IMG/VR virus record: IMGVR_UViG_3300035670_000040
Span: 1-64,000 of that record
Strand: one strand, 5' to 3'
Source: a virus
Length of the DNA: 64,000 bases
Positions 58,686-64,000 of this stretch are shown piece by piece (position 1 is the first letter of the stretch; every line of letters begins with the position of its first letter). Below the pieces are notes generated by a model, which had not been told where the DNA came from, did not search any database, and was given only the letters and a program-made list of their open reading frames with translations. The position numbers and the translations under genes are program-made.

Positions 58686-59280
58686 AAGGATTTAAATCTT
58701 TTGTTATAGTTGTTTGATTATTTTTAAGCAAGTTTGAATAACCCTCTGTCATTAACATATATTCTTGCTGATACCTTTCTTGTGCTTCATGGATAGTTTT
58801 TTCTTTTTTAATTCTATTTCTAAATGCATTGAATGCTATTCTAGTAAAATAAGAGAATGGATTTGTTCCCTTTTCTCTATCATATTTTTTAGAAATAAGC
58901 GCCTTAAACATTCTTACAATTCCATCACCAACCATCTCTTCTCTGTATGTATATCCTGCAAAATTTGATGAATAACTTAGTTTACTTGAAATTTTGTTTA
59001 ACATTTCTGCTAATTCATTTGATATAACACCACTATTGTAATATTTTACAATTTCATCATCAAATTGTTTAGGATCAACATAAAATTTTTCCTTCGGAAT
59101 TTTAGGTCTGTTTTGTCTTTTCTTTTTTTCTAATTCATCATAATCAATGTCTTCTAATTCATCAGAATCTTCATCATAATCTTCGGCATAAATTTCATTC
59201 TCTGGATTGTATGCCAAATATTCTTCGTCATCAAATTCTTTAAATTTCTTTTTCGATAGTTTTGTATTTTTCTTCATCAT
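58672..59280 (-). CDS. Late transcription sigma factor (gp55-like)
   Basis: YVD, NFAGYTYREEMVGDG, NPFSYFTRIAFNAF..RIKKEK. Confidence 0.93.
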   Translation of the reverse strand: MMKKNTKLSKKKFKEFDDEEYLAYNPENEIYAEDYDEDSDELEDIDYDELEKKKRQNRPKIPKEKFYVDPKQFDDEIVKYYNSGVISNELAEMLNKISSKLSYSSNFAGYTYREEMVGDGIVRMFKALISKKYDREKGTNPFSYFTRIAFNAFRNRIKKEKTIHEAQERYQQEYMLMTEGYSNLLKNNQTTITKDLNPFDND

Positions 59281-60664
59281 ATAGTTTTTTTCTTTCTTTC
59301 AAATGTTTAATAGCATATTTTGTATTATCTGTTATATCAAAAATTGTTGCAATTTTTTTTGTTGGGTGGAGTCTTAGTGCTCTTCCAATTGATTGCATGA
59401 TTTTTATCTTTGCTTTTCCTGCTGATGCAAAAATAATATTATGCAAATTTGGTATATTAATACCAGTACTGAATATTTTTGACATAGCAACAACTATAAC
59501 ATCATTACTTTTTTCCATCAATGATCTTATGGTTTCTCTTTCCTCTATTTCTGTTGAACCCCTTATAAAATAAATTTGTTTTTTGCTTTTATCTTTTAAA
59601 TAATCATATAAAAACTGACCATGATCTATTCTATCAACCATTATAATAGTGTTGTTTTCAATTTTTTCTGATAAATTACAAATAATTTTGTTTCTTTCCA
59701 AACTATTTGTAAGAAATTCAAATTCTTTATTGTAAAGATCCATTGATGGGTCTGTTGAATAAAGATATGATGGTATATTCTTGTGTTTTATTTTTAAAAT
59801 AACAATTTGAAATGAAGAAATATAATCTTGTTTTTCGAGATTTATTGTTTTTTCTTCGTATGTTATTGGTCCAAATTTTCCTATAATATTCCATTGATCA
59901 ATCAATGAAGGAGGCATTGTTCCTGTATATCCAAAGGTATATGGAGTATTTAAAAGTGAAAATATTTTGTTTATATTATTTTGTTTGCGAATTCCGTGGA
60001 CTTCATCACATATAAAAACATCTAATTCTGCTAATATAGACAAATCACTAGATTTACTTAACAGAATTTGAGTTCCTGCTATGATTATATCTGAATTTTC
60101 AAAATCTGGTTTATTTTTTCCAGACCACTTCGTTACTCTATCAAGTCCATATTGTATAAAATCATTTGATGTCTGTTCAACAAGTTGAATAGAAGGAACC
60201 AATACCAGAACTTTTGCATTTTCTTTGTTTAATAAAGATCTTATGTTTTTTATTAGACAAGCCATAACATAAGTTTTCCCTCCTGCTGTTGGAAGAATTG
60301 TTACTCCTCTTCCTTGCAACAAACTTTTTTCTATGGATTTTTCTTGATAAGATCTAAAATCCATACTTAATTTTTGAATTTCAAAATCTTTTATTTCTTT
60401 TATAGGATTGTAAAGATTTCTTATTTCTTCTTCTATTTGAACAAATATACCTTTCTTAAAAAAGAAATCGATCACTTCTCCTAGTAGTCCAATCTCAAAT
60501 TTACCAGAAGGAGTTATACAATAAAGTCTTTTTTGAACAAATGGAGAATTACTTCTGTATGCAGGATTTTGAACGGAAAAATATTCTCTCACCAATGAAA
60601 CCATTGATGAATCTCCGTCTAATTGGAGTATATTTTTTTTCTTTCCGCTAAATTTTATATTCAT
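59240..60664 (-). CDS. uvsW: SF2 DNA helicase
   Basis: RSYQ, LPTAGGKT, DEVH, GYTGT, FSTGINIPNLH, QSIGRALR. Confidence 0.93.
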   Translation of the reverse strand: MNIKFSGKKKNILQLDGDSSMVSLVREYFSVQNPAYRSNSPFVQKRLYCITPSGKFEIGLLGEVIDFFFKKGIFVQIEEEIRNLYNPIKEIKDFEIQKLSMDFRSYQEKSIEKSLLQGRGVTILPTAGGKTYVMACLIKNIRSLLNKENAKVLVLVPSIQLVEQTSNDFIQYGLDRVTKWSGKNKPDFENSDIIIAGTQILLSKSSDLSILAELDVFICDEVHGIRKQNNINKIFSLLNTPYTFGYTGTMPPSLIDQWNIIGKFGPITYEEKTINLEKQDYISSFQIVILKIKHKNIPSYLYSTDPSMDLYNKEFEFLTNSLERNKIICNLSEKIENNTIIMVDRIDHGQFLYDYLKDKSKKQIYFIRGSTEIEERETIRSLMEKSNDVIVVAMSKIFSTGINIPNLHNIIFASAGKAKIKIMQSIGRALRLHPTKKIATIFDITDNTKYAIKHLKERKKLYDEEKYKTIEKEI

Positions 60665-61059
60665 TATGTTGTTTCGAGTTTATTAATATCTATGATATTT
60701 TTCAAATCATAACTCATTGTTTTGAATATTTGTTCAACTTTTTCCAAATATTCAATCATGATATTGGTTTCTTCTATTTCTTCATCTATTGTAATAATTT
60801 GTTCTGTTGAATCAATTTTTAAATCAAGACTTTTTCTAGGTATTCCTTTTGGAATATCTTGTAATTTAGAAAGTACAGATTCTTTTATTTCTTTTCTTTT
60901 TTTGTTTAAAATGTTTAGTTTTCTTTTATGAGAAATTAATCTTGCAACCCATTTGTGTTTCACGCCGGGTAGTTGTAATTGTTTCTCTAAAAGATTAAGT
61001 TCGTCTATTTTAGTATCCAATGTTATTTCATTTTCATACTCTTCGAACAAATTTTTCAT
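60664..61059 (-). CDS. uvsY: Recombination mediator (UvsY-like)
   Basis: D.KIDE.NL....P..KHKW and YLE....K...YDLKN.ID; adjacent to uvsW. Confidence 0.75.
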   Translation of the reverse strand: MKNLFEEYENEITLDTKIDELNLLEKQLQLPGVKHKWVARLISHKRKLNILNKKRKEIKESVLSKLQDIPKGIPRKSLDLKIDSTEQIITIDEEIEETNIMIEYLEKVEQIFKTMSYDLKNIIDINKLETT

Positions 61060-61078
61060 AAATATATAATAATATATT

Positions 61079-61345
61079 ATGAATAAATTACAACAAATAA
61101 TTTTAAATGTTATACAAGAAATGGATTGGGGTGGTGTATATGGCTCAACATCAGGACCATCTGCTGAACAAGGGACTCAATTATATAACACAGACTCGTA
61201 CGCAACCGGATCAAATATTATACCAAATAATAATTTTCCTATGCAGAAAAGAACATTTCCTGAACTAATTAATCAAAAGAAAAAGAAAAAAAATGGCAAA
61301 CAAAAACAAAAACAAAGGAAAAGCATTCGAAAGACAAATTTGTGA
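61079..61345 (+). CDS. Hypothetical protein
   Basis: 88 aa, TAAATA upstream, basic tail. Confidence 0.55.
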   Translation: MNKLQQIILNVIQEMDWGGVYGSTSGPSAEQGTQLYNTDSYATGSNIIPNNNFPMQKRTFPELINQKKKKKNGKQKQKQRKSIRKTNL

Positions 61346-61784
61346 AATACTAACTAATTGTTTTGGAATAAACTTTCAGAGAATTCCCAACTCCGGTTCT
61401 TATGTTGGAGGAAAAAACATAGTTAGGTATGATGGTTTAACAGAAGAACAAAAACTTTTGGCTGATGGTGATATTATAGTTCCTTCTGAATTAAGTCATA
61501 TTTCAATGGAATGTAAATCATATAAAGATTTTTCATTTAGCGGTCTTTTTTTAGGAAAAAATGCATTACTGGATGGATGGATAGAACAATCATCAAATAC
61601 AAAAAAATCTAAATGGCTTTTGTTTTTTAAAATAAATAACAAAGGTATATTTGTTGTTTATGACATTTCAAAATTTCCTGTAAATATGCAAAAAGAAAAT
61701 TATCATCTGTACAAAAACCAATATGTTATACAGGATATAAACGAATTTTTAGAAAAAAATAAAAACAAATTATATGAAAAATAA
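61293..61784 (+). CDS. Holliday junction resolvase-like PD-(D/E)XK nuclease
   Basis: KGKAFER, FQRIPNSG, GDI, ISMECK, WIEQ. Confidence 0.8.
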   Translation: MANKNKNKGKAFERQICEILTNCFGINFQRIPNSGSYVGGKNIVRYDGLTEEQKLLADGDIIVPSELSHISMECKSYKDFSFSGLFLGKNALLDGWIEQSSNTKKSKWLLFFKINNKGIFVVYDISKFPVNMQKENYHLYKNQYVIQDINEFLEKNKNKLYEK

Positions 61785-62313
61785 AACAGAATGCATATAT
61801 TGCGGTTCAACTAGTTACGGAAAAACTTGTTATTTGTCTCCTAATAAAGTACACGTACATACTGGTGATCCAACTGTTTGTATATATTGCGGTTCTAAAG
61901 CAATAGGATCTGGATGTTATAATAATCCATATGGAAAAATTCATGTAAGAGGACCAGAATTTTTAAATAGATTTACAGAACAAGCTGAAAAATCTATTTT
62001 GTTAAAGTACTTTTTAGAAAAAATTAATAAAGATGAAGAAAAACAATCTAATTCTTTTTTAGATAATTTTTATTCTAAAGTTCGTTCAATGATAACTAAC
62101 TTAAGTGTGCCTTTATTGGAATCATTTTTTTTAATGGAAAAACCAACATATAAAAACCTTGATAAAGAGCAAATGGTTATTGCTATTGAATCGAAAAAAC
62201 TTGTTTCAAGTAAATTATCCGAAATGAAAGATATTTTGTCTGAAATAAATTTAGTTTTACCAACAGAAATAGTTGAAGAAATTATAGTTGATGCTATTAT
62301 TTCTTCTAAATGA
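61774..62313 (+). CDS. Hypothetical protein with two CxxC-C-H repeats
   Basis: CIYCGSTSYGKTCYLSPNKVHVH and CIYCGSKAIGSGCYNNPYGKIHVR. Confidence 0.65.
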   Translation: MKNKTECIYCGSTSYGKTCYLSPNKVHVHTGDPTVCIYCGSKAIGSGCYNNPYGKIHVRGPEFLNRFTEQAEKSILLKYFLEKINKDEEKQSNSFLDNFYSKVRSMITNLSVPLLESFFLMEKPTYKNLDKEQMVIAIESKKLVSSKLSEMKDILSEINLVLPTEIVEEIIVDAIISSK

Positions 62314-62765
62314 CGGATTATTTGTTTTTTTCTTTAAAAAATCGCTTGACAATTTTTAATTATACCTTATATTTAAATATAATTGAAGAAACCATTATAA
62401 AATATATAGAAGAATGGGATTTATTAGATAAAGATTATAAAGTTCCTAATAAAATACCATATTATTATGATTTTTTATCTAAAGTATTAAAAGAAGAAAT
62501 AGATAAAATTAAAAAAATTCAAAAAAACACCAATACTAAATCGATTGTATTAATAAATTTACAAAAAAAAGGAAAGTTTTCAAAATATTTTGACAATTAT
62601 GATGTTTTTATAAAACAAAATGTAAAAATCTTAAAAAAACTTGAAAAAAACGTGTTTATTACAGATTTAGAGTTTTCCAAAACAAATGGAACATTTCAAC
62701 ATTTAAACTGTTTGGATCTTTTAGGAGAAGAAGAAGAATTTTTAAAAAAACTAACAATTGTTTGA
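62310..62765 (+). CDS. Hypothetical protein
   Basis: ATGA-coupled to the previous ORF. Confidence 0.55.
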   Translation: MTDYLFFSLKNRLTIFNYTLYLNIIEETIIKYIEEWDLLDKDYKVPNKIPYYYDFLSKVLKEEIDKIKKIQKNTNTKSIVLINLQKKGKFSKYFDNYDVFIKQNVKILKKLEKNVFITDLEFSKTNGTFQHLNCLDLLGEEEEFLKKLTIV

Positions 62766-63044
62766 TTTTTTCTCCAACTCATAGAGTTCTTTCAATGCAT
62801 CTTCAAATGAATATGTTTTTAAACCAATAGAAGTTTCTGGTTTTATTGTAGGATTTGTTTTTTCTTCTTCTGACAATATAGAATTGAATGTATTGATTAA
62901 ATCGTTCTCAAGTTTTTGATTCTGTGGATCTCTTTCAAAAAAAGGAGAAAATGAAGGACTAGATGAAGGAGTTAAAATTATTGAATTTTTACCCTTTACT
63001 TGTGAAGAATAAACTTGTTCAAGGCTTTTATGCACAGCTTTCAA
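62751..63044 (-). CDS. Hypothetical protein
   Basis: ORF overlapping the endolysin stop. Confidence 0.55.
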   Translation of the reverse strand: MKAVHKSLEQVYSSQVKGKNSIILTPSSSPSFSPFFERDPQNQKLENDLINTFNSILSEEEKTNPTIKPETSIGLKTYSFEDALKELYELEKKSNNC

Positions 63045-63651
63045 TTAATTTTGCTTCGGTTTCTCTTCTTTCAAGAAGTCCATCAAGACCTTTTCCAACC
63101 CAAAGTCTTTTCATTTTTCTTACTTCTTTTGCAATCCCTTTATAATCTTTAAAAGGTATCAATTCTTTAATATTTCTCATTTCCAGTCTAGATTGACCAT
63201 TTAAACTTGTTCCTCTATTAAAAACAATCGAGACAATAGCACCATAGGCATCTTCTTTTAGCTCTGTAGCCCCCAGAAACGTTTTATTTGTTAGTTTGGT
63301 AAACTTGGGCCATGTTATACTGTAAAAAATATCTAGAGCTTTTTCCCAATCAACAGTTATTCCTGCATTTCTCAGAATTCTAGTATATTCTCTTCCTTTT
63401 TCACCAGTCTTACCAACAGAACCTTGAATTAATTCAATTTGATTTTGTGGAAGAAAATTAAATATTTTTGAAAGTTCTGTTTTAGTATAATATGCACAAT
63501 CAATTCCTATTGCTATTGTTGGTCCAGATGCTCCTTTTGGCCATGTAAATTTAGATAAGAATTTATCATAATAAGATTTTCCACCACCTACTTCGTATTT
63601 TAAGAGCAAGTCAAGTGTTTTTGGAGAAGGTTTATCGTAATTCATAGTCAT
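63028..63651 (-). CDS. Endolysin, pesticin/T4-lysozyme-like muramidase
   Basis: YEVG, WPKGASGPTIAIGID, IVSIVFNRG, MKRLW, GLLERRETEA. Confidence 0.82.
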   Translation of the reverse strand: MTMNYDKPSPKTLDLLLKYEVGGGKSYYDKFLSKFTWPKGASGPTIAIGIDCAYYTKTELSKIFNFLPQNQIELIQGSVGKTGEKGREYTRILRNAGITVDWEKALDIFYSITWPKFTKLTNKTFLGATELKEDAYGAIVSIVFNRGTSLNGQSRLEMRNIKELIPFKDYKGIAKEVRKMKRLWVGKGLDGLLERRETEAKLIESCA

Positions 63652-64000
63652 CTTCCTTTGAATTACTTGTAATTACTGTTATTTCTTCAAATTTTTCTGT
63701 TTTATTTTCTGATTTAAAATCAACATTTGAATCAGATTTATATCTAAAGTCTAATAATGTCTGAACACCTAAATAACTACCGATTATTACTGCTAATATT
63801 TTTATTGTTTCAACAAATATTGTAACAAATGCAGATGTTATTGTTGCTGACATTCCAGATGTTAAAAATAAAACAAAAATACTAACCGCATAAAACACAG
63901 AAAGTATTATTACAGAACAAAAAACAACAAAAAATTTTTTTGATGCTAAAAAGTTTATATTACTCAAGTCTTTTTGATATTCTGTTGGTGTATTTGGTGG
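63632..64000 (-). CDS. Two-TM membrane protein, holin candidate (probably 5'-partial)
   Basis: Frame is open to the window end (PPNTPTEYQKDLSNINFLASKKFF...); two hydrophobic helices; YLGVQ; overlaps the endolysin start. Confidence 0.6.
   Translation of the reverse strand, partial: PPNTPTEYQKDLSNINFLASKKFFVVFCSVIILSVFYAVSIFVLFLTSGMSATITSAFVTIFVETIKILAVIIGSYLGVQTLLDFRYKSDSNVDFKSENKTEKFEEITVITSNSKEDDYELR

Noticed and set aside
3422-63145. Many 60-145 aa ORFs antisense to or nested within long genes (e.g. 3422..3649, 19503..19793, 20907..21341, 23706..24074, 33801..34130, 59262..59573)
   Set aside because: They overlap well-supported genes on the opposite strand or frame and show no motifs; typical shadow ORFs
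1-64000. Alternative genetic code, inteins, group I introns, tRNA genes
   Set aside because: Core genes (nrdA, gp17, gp41, gp43) are intact and of normal length in code 11, and intergenic gaps are short and AT-rich with no cloverleaf seen; tRNAscan and Infernal were not run

Overview
A 64-kb, very AT-rich segment of a large T4-like (myovirus) phage genome in the standard genetic code; I saw no tRNA, CRISPR array, intron or intein. From left to right: (1) the 5' part of a collagen-like gene on the minus strand that the ORF track missed, hsp20, dUTPase and a class Id-like nrdA/nrdB pair; (2) a DNA amino-methyltransferase, a PD-(D/E)XK exonuclease, a gp14-like neck protein, phoH and small probable head proteins; (3) a plus-strand tail/baseplate module (gp18, gp19, tube-fold and gp26-like paralogs, tape measure, gp48/gp53-like, terminase gp17, hub, gp5 with two muralytic domains); (4) a long minus-strand replication/recombination operon (gp45, divergent FolE2, gp32, DHH protein, gp41, UvsX, gp43, gp46, gp47, gp55, UvsW, UvsY); (5) a resolvase and an endolysin/holin-like pair. 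The most notable feature is a 12-gene sugar-synthesis and glycosyltransferase island (Gmd, NDP-sugar C-methyltransferase, FkbM methyltransferase, about 7-8 GT-like genes) between gp46 and gp47, plus another GT beside the polymerase. Also notable: a ROSE-like thermometer and a 15-bp inverted repeat bracketing hsp20, and widespread leaderless-type promoter architecture. All product calls come from motif recognition by eye, not from database searches.
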